From: an uncultured Bacilli bacterium
GTDB taxonomy: Bacteria > Bacillota_I > Bacilli_A > RF39 > UBA660
DNA: 64,000 bases
Assembly: GCA_934141145.1 (NCBI GenBank)
Contig: CAKPCA010000003.1
Coordinates: 7,748 to 71,747, forward strand
Direction of reading: 5' to 3'
This document shows, piece by piece, positions 9,033-20,124 of the stretch. The notes beneath the pieces were generated by a model. The model ran no database searches, was not told where the DNA came from, and saw only the letters and a list, made by a program, of their open reading frames with translations. Both the position numbers and the translations under genes were made by a program. How positions within the stretch are numbered: position 1 is the stretch's first letter; each line of letters begins with the position of its first letter.

Positions 9033-10205
9033 ATGAAGAAAAAAGGATTTACATTAATAGAATTATTAGCAGTAATAGTAATCTTAGCAATAATAACAGT
9101 AATAGCAGTACCAAAAATACTGAATGTAATAGAAAAGTCAAAAGAAAGTAGTGCGGAAAGTAGTATAAAACTTGTAAAAGATGCAATAAAAACACAAATA
9201 ACCGCAGGAGATGCACTAAATGAATCTAACTTTATAAAAAATAATGATGGTTGTTATTTATTTGATTTTGATGATCAAAGTACAGCAAATTCAAAAGAAT
9301 TAAAACTAAAAAATAAAGATAAAATAAGTGGAAGTATAACTTATTGTAATGGAACATTTAAAGATGATACATTAAAATTTGATGGTACAGAAATATCAAA
9401 AGACGATAATAACAATAAAATAATATGTAAAAGAGCAACAACACTTCATACAGAAGAATGTACACAGACAGATACAACATATTCTTGTTCAGGAGCTGGA
9501 TATACAACTAGTGGTTCAAAAGGAACAACTACAATAACATATGGTAACTTAGGAACAAAAGGAACACTTACTTCAGGGGATGCATTTGATTGTGATGTAA
9601 ATGGAGATGGAACATACGATTCAACAACAGAAAGATTTTATTATGTAACAGATATGGATAATAATACTGCAGTATTAATTTATTATAATAATGTAAGTGC
9701 AGGTAGTCCAAGTAATAGTGAGGTATATGCATATGATAGTTCAGAAGAAAACTTTCATGGACCAAGAACAGCAATAGAGCAGCTTCCTACAACTAGTCAA
9801 TGGAAAAATGTAAGTTTAAAAAATAGTACAAGAGCAATATTAAATGAGAATGCAGGTAATACAACAACAGGAGGAATATTGCCAAGTAACTTTAGTTATT
9901 CTGGATATGCAGCAAGATTACTTACAATAAATGATATTAGGAAGACTACTAATAATGGAAATATACCGACTAAACAGGTGGGAGAATTAGATGATTTTAA
10001 TTATTTATTAGAAAATACGAAGTATTCAAATCCTGATGTAGGAAATTATGGGTATTGGCTTGAAACTCCATATTTTGATAATTCAACCGATGCATGGTCA
10101 TTAAGTGGCGATTCCAGTCATATTTATTATACTATTGTTTCAAATGAGGTTTATCGTGGTGTTCGTCCGGCAATAGAAGTGTCTAAAGTAAATATTTTAT
10201 ATTAA
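9033..10205 (+). CDS. type IV pilin-like protein (prepilin N-methylation site) with a large Thr/Gly-rich C-terminal domain
   Basis: class III signal KKGFTLIELLAVIVILAII; 390 aa; no assembly genes adjacent. Confidence 0.8.
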   Translation: MKKKGFTLIELLAVIVILAIITVIAVPKILNVIEKSKESSAESSIKLVKDAIKTQITAGDALNESNFIKNNDGCYLFDFDDQSTANSKELKLKNKDKISGSITYCNGTFKDDTLKFDGTEISKDDNNNKIICKRATTLHTEECTQTDTTYSCSGAGYTTSGSKGTTTITYGNLGTKGTLTSGDAFDCDVNGDGTYDSTTERFYYVTDMDNNTAVLIYYNNVSAGSPSNSEVYAYDSSEENFHGPRTAIEQLPTTSQWKNVSLKNSTRAILNENAGNTTTGGILPSNFSYSGYAARLLTINDIRKTTNNGNIPTKQVGELDDFNYLLENTKYSNPDVGNYGYWLETPYFDNSTDAWSLSGDSSHIYYTIVSNEVYRGVRPAIEVSKVNILY

Positions 10206-10214
10206 TTAGAAAAA

Positions 10215-10239
10215 AGAAACAAAATTGTTTCTTTTTTTG
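10215..10239 (+). terminator. terminator after the pilin gene
   Basis: agaaac/gtttct hairpin plus T7. Confidence 0.6.
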
Positions 10240-10283
10240 ATTATTATATGATATAATATAAAAAAGAATAGGATAGGGATAGT

Positions 10284-12014
10284 ATGTTAGGAAAAATAAT
10301 AGCAATTGAGGGGAATTTGGCAGTTATAAAATTATCTATTGATTTAAGCAATAAAACTGGATTATTAAATATGCATGTTGCATTTGATTCAGTAGGATCA
10401 ACTATAATTGGTGAAATAGTTTCATTAAGTTTAACAGAAGCAAAAATATTATTACTTGGTGAAATAATAAATAATAATTTTGTGTCTGGTGTTAATAAAA
10501 AACCATCATTTTCAAGTACAGTTAGAATAATAAATAGAAATGAACTTGATTTAATAATTGGAAATTCAAATGGTGAACATTATGTTAATTTTGGAAGATT
10601 ACCACTTTATTCAGGATATCCATTAAATATAGATCCAAATAAGTTTTTTTCAGAACACTTTTGTATAGTAGGTAATTCTGGTAGTGGTAAAAGTTCTTCA
10701 GTCGCAAGAATATTTCAAAATTTATTTTTAAATAATACGCCAAAGACTAATATTTTTATATTTGATGTTTTTGGTGAATATCATACAGCGTTAAAAGGTA
10801 TAAATAATATTTCATATAAATCTTATACAACGGATAAAGAAAGTGAAGAAACTAATTTAGTACAAATACCAATATGGTTACTTGATGCGGATGATATGGC
10901 ACTTTTATTAGAAGCAGAAAGTTATGTACAAATACCTATAATAGAAAAAATGCTTAGAATAGTAACTATATATTCTATGGATGAAGAACAAAGAGATAAA
11001 CATATAAATGATATAATAGCAAGAGCTGTCTTAGAAATACTATATAGTGGTAAACCAGCTAATCAATTAAGAGACCAAATAATGGCAATCTTCTCAATGT
11101 TTAATACTAAAACATTGAATTTAGAAACAGAAGTTAGAGTTCCTGGATGGACTAGAACATTAAGACAATGTTTGATTCTTGATAAAGATGGTAAAATAGC
11201 AGATATAGTACTTGTTTCTAATTTCTTTAAGAAATTTATAAATAATGATACAGAATTAAATCCAGGTCATGGTAAATTATATTATACATTAGAAAATTTA
11301 TATGATGCTTTAGAACTTGCATTTATTTCTGAAGGAATATTAAAAAGTGACGCAATATATGAGAAAATTAATGTTTTAAGAGTTAGATTAAAATCTATAA
11401 TAAATAGTGATTATGGTAATTATTATAGAGTAGACAATTATATTTCTAAAGAAGATTATGTAAAATCTTTAAATGAAGATGGTAAATATAATATAGTTAA
11501 CTTTAATATAAATAATATTACTGATAGACAAGCTAAAGTTATGATAAAAATATATTCTAAAATGTTATTTGAATATAATGCGAGATTAGAAGATAGAGCT
11601 TCATATCCAGTACATATATTTATAGAAGAAGCACATAGATATATACAAAGAGATAGAGATATTGATTTGATTGGATATAATATATTTGAAAAAATTGCAA
11701 AAGAAGGAAGAAAATATGGTGTTATTTTAGGATTAATAACACAAAGACCTTCAGAACTTAGTGATACTACACTTTCACAATGTTCAAATTATTTAATTCT
11801 AAGAATTATAAATCCTAAAGATCTTGATTATATAAAGAATGTTGTTGCTAATATGAGTGATGAATTAGTCGCTAAAATAAAGAGTCTTCAACCAGGATAT
11901 ACTTTGATGGTTGGTAGCGCATTTAAAATACCTATAATAACTAAATTTGATATGCCAAATCCAGCCCCATATTCTAAAAATGTTGATATAAATAATACTT
12001 GGTACAAAGAATAA
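10284..12014 (+). CDS. HerA-like (DUF87) HAS-barrel ATPase
   Basis: N-terminal HAS-barrel-like beta region; Walker A GNSGSGKSS; Walker B HIFIEEAH; GLITQRPSEL motif typical of the HerA/FtsK clade. Confidence 0.7.
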   Translation: MLGKIIAIEGNLAVIKLSIDLSNKTGLLNMHVAFDSVGSTIIGEIVSLSLTEAKILLLGEIINNNFVSGVNKKPSFSSTVRIINRNELDLIIGNSNGEHYVNFGRLPLYSGYPLNIDPNKFFSEHFCIVGNSGSGKSSSVARIFQNLFLNNTPKTNIFIFDVFGEYHTALKGINNISYKSYTTDKESEETNLVQIPIWLLDADDMALLLEAESYVQIPIIEKMLRIVTIYSMDEEQRDKHINDIIARAVLEILYSGKPANQLRDQIMAIFSMFNTKTLNLETEVRVPGWTRTLRQCLILDKDGKIADIVLVSNFFKKFINNDTELNPGHGKLYYTLENLYDALELAFISEGILKSDAIYEKINVLRVRLKSIINSDYGNYYRVDNYISKEDYVKSLNEDGKYNIVNFNINNITDRQAKVMIKIYSKMLFEYNARLEDRASYPVHIFIEEAHRYIQRDRDIDLIGYNIFEKIAKEGRKYGVILGLITQRPSELSDTTLSQCSNYLILRIINPKDLDYIKNVVANMSDELVAKIKSLQPGYTLMVGSAFKIPIITKFDMPNPAPYSKNVDINNTWYKE

Positions 12015-12037
12015 GTTTTAAAAAACTTATTTTTTTG
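12011..12037 (+). terminator. terminator after the HerA-like gene
   Basis: ataagtt/aacttat hairpin plus T7. Confidence 0.6.
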
Positions 12038-12061
12038 TTATAATTTTTTTAGGTGATAATA

Positions 12062-13147
12062 ATGTCTAATATAAAAAGTGCATATATACATATTCCTTTT
12101 TGCAAAAGTATTTGCTCATATTGTGATTTTAGTAAAATGTATTATAATTCTAATTTTGTTAATTCATATTTAAATGCATTAAGTAATGAAATAAAAGAAG
12201 ATTACAAAGGTGAAATATTAGATACTATTTATATTGGTGGAGGAACACCATCCGCATTAAGTATAGATGAATTAAAAAACTTATTTTTAATAACAAATAC
12301 TTTAAATTTAAGTGATAACTATGAATTTACTATAGAATGTAATATAGAAGATATAACTAAAGAAAAACTAGAATTATTTAAAAATAACAAAGTTAATAGA
12401 ATTAGTATAGGGGTACAAAGTTTTAATAACAAGATATTAAAATACTTGAATAGAAAGTATGATAGTGAAATTATATTAAAAAAAATAAATTTAGTAAAAA
12501 AATATTTTGATAATATAAATATTGATCTAATATATGCGGTTAATAATGAAACTATTGATGATTTAAAAAAAGATTTAAAAATGTTTTTAAGTATTGATAT
12601 ACCACATATATCTTGTTATTCATTAATAATTGAAAAAAATACCATTTTATATAATAAAAATGAAGAATATATAAGTGAAGATTTAGATAGATTAATGTAT
12701 GATACAATAGAAAAGACATTAAGTTCTAATTATTGTCATTATGAAATAAGTAATTATGCTAAAAAAGGATTTGAATCAAAACATAATTTATGTTACTGGA
12801 ATAACAAGGAATATTATGGATTTGGTTTATCCGCCGCATCTTTTATAGAAAATAAAAGAATTAATAATACAAGAAATTTAAAAAAATATATAGAATTTAA
12901 TAGAGATAAGGAAGAAGAAATACTTACTAAAGAAGATAAGATAAGATATGAATTAATACTTGGTTTTAGAAAGATAGAAGGTATTAACAAAAAAGAATTT
13001 TATAATAAATATAATATAGATATTCATAATTTGTATAATATTAATGAACTATTAAAAAAAGGTTATTTAAGTGAAAATGATAAATATATTTTTATACCAA
13101 AGGAGTATATTTATGTTTCAAATGATATTTTGATTAATTTTATATAA
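12062..13147 (+). CDS. hemW: radical SAM heme chaperone HemW (HemN-like)
   Basis: CxxxCxxC (CKSICSYCDF) plus GGGTPS; position before hrcA as in Bacillus. Confidence 0.85.
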   Translation: MSNIKSAYIHIPFCKSICSYCDFSKMYYNSNFVNSYLNALSNEIKEDYKGEILDTIYIGGGTPSALSIDELKNLFLITNTLNLSDNYEFTIECNIEDITKEKLELFKNNKVNRISIGVQSFNNKILKYLNRKYDSEIILKKINLVKKYFDNINIDLIYAVNNETIDDLKKDLKMFLSIDIPHISCYSLIIEKNTILYNKNEEYISEDLDRLMYDTIEKTLSSNYCHYEISNYAKKGFESKHNLCYWNNKEYYGFGLSAASFIENKRINNTRNLKKYIEFNRDKEEEILTKEDKIRYELILGFRKIEGINKKEFYNKYNIDIHNLYNINELLKKGYLSENDKYIFIPKEYIYVSNDILINFI

Positions 13148-13209
13148 TGTATATTAAAATATTAAAAAAAGTAGTATAATATATATAAAGAATAGAAGGA
13201 GGATTATTA

Positions 13210-13512
13210 ATGGAAGAATTAGATTTTGAACCTATAGATGAAGTTCTTGAAAATAATGAAGAGATAGAAACTTTAGATATTGATGAAAATCCTTCTAATA
13301 CAGAAGAAGATATGATAAAAATAGATAGACTATTTAATGTTAATGATGAAGAAGATAAGAAGGAAGAACAACTTAATAAAGAAAAAGAAACAAAAAAAGA
13401 TAAAAAAATAGAGAAAATACAACTAGGTTTAATAATATTTTTAATAGTAAGTGCGACTCTTATATATTTTTTTGGTTATAATTTAGTAGAGCCATTTATA
13501 AAATTAGAATAA
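13210..13512 (+). CDS. small acidic protein with a C-terminal TM helix
   Basis: D/E-rich N-terminus; single TM LGLIIFLIVSATLIYFF; AGGAGG RBS. Confidence 0.5.
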   Translation: MEELDFEPIDEVLENNEEIETLDIDENPSNTEEDMIKIDRLFNVNDEEDKKEEQLNKEKETKKDKKIEKIQLGLIIFLIVSATLIYFFGYNLVEPFIKLE

Positions 13513-13513
13513 A

Positions 13514-13542
13514 TTGACAAATAAAATAAAAAAAAGTATAAT
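13514..13542 (+). promoter_or_regulatory. sigma-A promoter
   Basis: TTGACA, 17 nt, TATAAT; followed at 13536-13575 by a 7-bp AT-rich hairpin plus T-run. Confidence 0.45.
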
Positions 13543-13581
13543 CTACGTGAAAAGGTTATACTTTTTTTAGGGGGAATATAT

Positions 13582-15222
13582 ATGATAAACAAGGAAAAAG
13601 TATTAAATGAAGTTATAAAAAAATATGAAAAATTTGGAATAACAAAAGAAGAAATACAAAAGTATTTAGTTGATGAGACAAGTACATATAAAAATGATGC
13701 AGATGCAATTAAAAAAATATCAATATCTCTTGATAACTCTATAGTTCAAAATGTCGCAAACTTAAGCACTATAAGAACTTCATACAATTATTTAAAAAAA
13801 ATAATTAAATCAGATGGTATTAGCTTATCAAGAATTAGTAAATTAGCAAGTAATGATAAAGTAAGTATTGATAGCAAGCTTGATGAAATATATAATCAAA
13901 TAATAAATACAATAAAAGAGAATTATGATAGTAGTAAATTATTAAGTCAAAATATAATAGAAAATATGAAACAATTTTTACAAAAAGATGTAGTTACAAG
14001 TATAGATAAAAATGAACAATTTGATATTACTTTTTTAAAGAGATTAAATGGTGTCAGTATTGAATCTATTTCAAAAGTAACAGATATTCCAGTATCAACA
14101 CTTTATAGTTATATTAATTTGAATAAAAAAGTTCCTGGATATAATCTTGCCCAAATTCTTGAATATTTTAATGTAAAAAATTATGATGAATTAAAAGAAT
14201 TATCTGAACAAAAGAAACTTGTTACAGAAGTTTTAAAAAACAACCCTGAAGTAGAAACAAATACTAATAAATTTGATATTTCTATACTAAAAGCTTATTT
14301 ATTAAAAAATAATGTAATGCTTGTTAAATTACAAATAGTATTATCAATGAACAAAGCAAGATTAATAAAATGTCTTGCAGGTGAAGAACTAGTTACGGAT
14401 GATATCATGAATGAAATATATAAATTATTTGAAGTAAATAGTTATGATGAACTTGTAACAAAAATAAGAGAAAATACTTTAAAAATTCCAGCGTGTTTAA
14501 AACCAGAGCGTTATGATATATTATTTTTTAACAAATTTATAGCTTTAAATAATATTGATAAGATAAAACTAGCTGATACATTAGGTATAAATAAGATGGT
14601 GTTAAGTGATTATTTAAATGGTAAAAAAGCCGCACCAACAAAATTAGTAGATAAGCTAATTGATATATTTGGGTTAATCAATTTTTATGATTTAGAAGTT
14701 AATGTGAAAAAAAATACTTTAAATGTTCCAACCTATTTATTAAAAACAGTAAAAGAAAATATAACTGTAAAAAATATTAGTACCCAAGAAAAAGATAATA
14801 AAGAAATAATTAAGAATAATATTTCTGAAAAAGTAAAGGAAACAGAAGAATCTAAAAAAGAAGTAAAAGATGCTAAATCAGAAGTAGAAAATGAACAAGA
14901 AACACAAATAAATGAAATTGCTAGTAGTTCTACCAGTAATACCCACACTAATGATACGATTCCAAATATTCTAAATATGATAAAGATAGATGAACTATTA
15001 AAATTAATCGGAAAAGAAAATATATCAAACTCAGATTATATGATTGTATTACTATTATTTGGAGGAGTAGAAGATCAATACTTTAAGATATCTTCAATAT
15101 CAAAATTCCTTCATATAAATGAAGAATACATTAATAATATTTATACTAAATGTCTAGAATTATATAAAAATAAATTAAATGATGAATTAAAAAAAGAAAA
15201 AACTATGATTTTAGAAAAATAA
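13582..15222 (+). CDS. hypothetical regulator: N-domain, three tandem XRE-type HTH repeats, K/E-rich linker and a sigma-70 region-4-like C-terminal HTH
   Basis: three ~70-aa repeats (FDITFLKRLNGVSIESISKVTDIP.., FDISILKAY.., YDILFFNKF..); C-terminus DYMIVLLLFGGVEDQYFKISSISKFLHINEEYINNIY resembles sigma region 4. Confidence 0.55.
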   Translation: MINKEKVLNEVIKKYEKFGITKEEIQKYLVDETSTYKNDADAIKKISISLDNSIVQNVANLSTIRTSYNYLKKIIKSDGISLSRISKLASNDKVSIDSKLDEIYNQIINTIKENYDSSKLLSQNIIENMKQFLQKDVVTSIDKNEQFDITFLKRLNGVSIESISKVTDIPVSTLYSYINLNKKVPGYNLAQILEYFNVKNYDELKELSEQKKLVTEVLKNNPEVETNTNKFDISILKAYLLKNNVMLVKLQIVLSMNKARLIKCLAGEELVTDDIMNEIYKLFEVNSYDELVTKIRENTLKIPACLKPERYDILFFNKFIALNNIDKIKLADTLGINKMVLSDYLNGKKAAPTKLVDKLIDIFGLINFYDLEVNVKKNTLNVPTYLLKTVKENITVKNISTQEKDNKEIIKNNISEKVKETEESKKEVKDAKSEVENEQETQINEIASSSTSNTHTNDTIPNILNMIKIDELLKLIGKENISNSDYMIVLLLFGGVEDQYFKISSISKFLHINEEYINNIYTKCLELYKNKLNDELKKEKTMILEK

Positions 15223-15235
15223 GAAGGTGATTTTT

Positions 15236-16126
15236 ATGGAATTTAATGTAAAGACACATTTAAAAAATAAGTATAAAGATTATAATATACCAGAATCAAT
15301 AATTGATAAAATAGAAAGTGAAGAAATTCAAGGCTATTATGTTGATATATTAATTAGAAAAACTATTCAAATAGAAAATTATATAATTGAACAAATAAAA
15401 AAAGATGATCTTGAAAAAGAATTATTAGTTTTAGAACAACATTCGTCATTAAAAACAATTATAAAATACAATAAAATTTGTTTAAAATTGCTAGATGAAT
15501 TAGCAAACAAAGAAGGTCTTTCTATTGATAAAGTGATAAATAAGCTTTATGAAGATGCATTGGAAAGATCATTAAGTAATTATAATGATAGCAGATTGAT
15601 TAGTGAAAATATTTTGTATAATATGCAAATAATACTGCTTCAAAAATTTGGATATGATGTTTCTTCTATAACTACTAGTTTTAACAAAACTAAAGAAGAA
15701 CAAGTAAAAGAAGAAAAAAATAATACTGAATCAGTTAAAAATGACTTAAAAAGTGATAGAAGTAAAAAAGAAAAAAAGAAAGAAAGAACACTTCAAAAAG
15801 ATATAAATATAGAATTTAATAAAACAACATTTGATGCAGAAGAAGTACCAAATATTAGAAAAATGATAAACTTAGAATATTTATTAAAATTAATTGGTTA
15901 TAAAAATGGTACAAAAACCAAAGATGATGCAATTATATTTTTATTGTTTGGTGGAATAGATGGACAATATTATAAAAATAGCGAAGTCGCAAAGGCTTTA
16001 AATATAAGTGAAGAGTATGTAAATGAAGTATATCTTAGATGTTTAGAAGAATACAAAAATTCTTTAGAAAATACTTACAAAAATGATATTAAAAATAAAA
16101 AATTAGGTTTATCAAAAAGCTCTTAA
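15236..16126 (+). CDS. paralogue of the 13582 protein without the HTH repeats (N-domain plus sigma region-4-like C-terminus)
   Basis: shared N-terminal motif (SRLISENILYNM vs SKLLSQNIIENM) and C-terminus (LLKLIG..IIFLLFGGIDGQYYKNSEVAKALNISEEYVNEVY). Confidence 0.55.
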   Translation: MEFNVKTHLKNKYKDYNIPESIIDKIESEEIQGYYVDILIRKTIQIENYIIEQIKKDDLEKELLVLEQHSSLKTIIKYNKICLKLLDELANKEGLSIDKVINKLYEDALERSLSNYNDSRLISENILYNMQIILLQKFGYDVSSITTSFNKTKEEQVKEEKNNTESVKNDLKSDRSKKEKKKERTLQKDINIEFNKTTFDAEEVPNIRKMINLEYLLKLIGYKNGTKTKDDAIIFLLFGGIDGQYYKNSEVAKALNISEEYVNEVYLRCLEEYKNSLENTYKNDIKNKKLGLSKSS

Positions 16127-16202
16127 AAATATAAATAAGAGCTTTTCTTATTGCAAAAATTTATGTCACATAGTATACTTAAAATAAGAATAGGTGAAGA
16201 GT

Positions 16203-16589
16203 ATGAATAAATTTATAGTAAAAATTTTTATGTTGATGACATTCTTATTAATATTAACGGGATGTGCGACTAATAATAATAAAAATATTGATGAAAAACA
16301 AAATAATGATAACGATATGCTTATAAATCAAAATTATGATGGACTAGAATTTGTCAATGCAAAAATTAGTAATAGTGAAATAGTGACTGTTGTAATAAAC
16401 AATACAGGATATACTTATGAGGGCTCTAAATTTAAAATGAAAATTATGGATGAATCAGGAAATACAATAAAAGAAATTATTGATAAAGTAAGTGAAAAAG
16501 TAGAAAATGGTACAACAAAAACAATAAAAACAAAAGTAAATATAGATATATCAAAAGCGAGTAGTATTGAATATAGTATTATTAAGTAG
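16203..16589 (+). CDS. lipoprotein
   Basis: lipobox LILTGC. Confidence 0.6.
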   Translation: MNKFIVKIFMLMTFLLILTGCATNNNKNIDEKQNNDNDMLINQNYDGLEFVNAKISNSEIVTVVINNTGYTYEGSKFKMKIMDESGNTIKEIIDKVSEKVENGTTKTIKTKVNIDISKASSIEYSIIK

Positions 16590-16610
16590 ATGAATGTCTA
16601 CTTTTTATAT
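16586..16610 (+). terminator. terminator before the hrcA operon
   Basis: agtaga/tctact hairpin plus T-run. Confidence 0.5.
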
Positions 16611-16613
16611 TAT

Positions 16614-16640
16614 TTAGCACTCATCTATTGACATTGCTAA
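16614..16640 (+). promoter_or_regulatory. CIRCE operator (HrcA site), imperfect right arm
   Basis: TTAGCACTC-N9-cATTGCTAA; overlapped by promoter TTGACA(16628), 16 nt, TATAAT(16650). Confidence 0.7.
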
Positions 16641-16686
16641 AATAAGTGTTATAATTAGATTGTACACTTGGATTAGAGGTGAATAT

Positions 16687-17676
16687 ATGCTTACAGAAAG
16701 ACAAAGTTCTATACTAAAAATTATAGTTGAAGAGTATATAAAAGTACCAAAGCCAGTTGGTTCAAAATCTATTTGTGATTCATTAAATGTATCTAGTGCG
16801 ACAGTTAGAAATGAAATGGCTAACTTAGAAGATTTAGGATACTTAGAAAAAACACATGTATCATCAGGTAGAGTTCCATCTGAGAAAGGTTATAGATATT
16901 ACGTTGATAACTTAATGAAGCCAAAAGAAATGAGTGGTGAAGATGTATTAAAACTTCAAACAATATTCCAAAATAATTCATTAGTATTAAGTGATGCAAT
17001 AATAAAAAGTTTAGAGATAATATCTGAAATGACTAATTATACAGCAGTTATATTAAAGGATAATGCTTTAGAAAGTAAACTTAAAAAAGTTGAAGCAATC
17101 CCAATTGATGAAAATAATGTAACAGCTATTCTTGTAACAGATAAAGGACATGTTGAAAATAAAATAATTAATATAACAGGTTCTAATCTTGAAGAAGTAA
17201 ATAAAACTGTTGAACTTATTAATAAACTTATTGTTGGTACCCCAATTGATGAAGTTACATCTAAACTTGAATTTGAAATTAAACCAATTATTAATCAATA
17301 TGTAAAACATCATGAAATACTTTATAATGCGTTCTATAATGCATTTAATAATTTTAAAGATAGTGCAGATATGACTATGAGGGGTAAAAGTAATTTACTT
17401 GAACTTGATGAATTTTCATCTGATGCTAGAAAAATTAAAGATTTAGTTAATAAGTTTGATAATGACAATATTGTTTCTAAAATTAAAGAAGATGACTCTG
17501 GTATAAATGTGTACATAGGTAATGAAAACAACATAGATGATGATTTGACAGTAATAAAGACAAAATATAATGTAAATGGTAGAGAGGGAACACTTGCAAT
17601 TCTAGGACCTAAAAGAATGGAATATGATAGAGTTGTAAGTTTACTTGAATACTTAAAAGAAGAGATTGAAAAGTAA
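16687..17676 (+). CDS. hrcA: heat-inducible repressor HrcA
   Basis: MLTERQSSILKIIVEEY winged-helix N-terminus; CIRCE upstream; grpE-dnaK downstream. Confidence 0.9.
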   Translation: MLTERQSSILKIIVEEYIKVPKPVGSKSICDSLNVSSATVRNEMANLEDLGYLEKTHVSSGRVPSEKGYRYYVDNLMKPKEMSGEDVLKLQTIFQNNSLVLSDAIIKSLEIISEMTNYTAVILKDNALESKLKKVEAIPIDENNVTAILVTDKGHVENKIINITGSNLEEVNKTVELINKLIVGTPIDEVTSKLEFEIKPIINQYVKHHEILYNAFYNAFNNFKDSADMTMRGKSNLLELDEFSSDARKIKDLVNKFDNDNIVSKIKEDDSGINVYIGNENNIDDDLTVIKTKYNVNGREGTLAILGPKRMEYDRVVSLLEYLKEEIEK

Positions 17677-17688
17677 GGAGGTTTCTTT

Positions 17689-20060
<2,372 letters not shown>

Positions 20061-20072
20061 TAAACAGATATA

Positions 20073-20104
20073 GAAGTTCTAGCTTGCTAGAACTTTCTAT
20101 TTTA
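20073..20104 (+). terminator. terminator-like hairpin after dnaK
   Basis: aagttctagc/gctagaactt stem; interrupted T-run. Confidence 0.5.
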
Positions 20105-20124
20105 CTTTATATAAGGAGATAATA

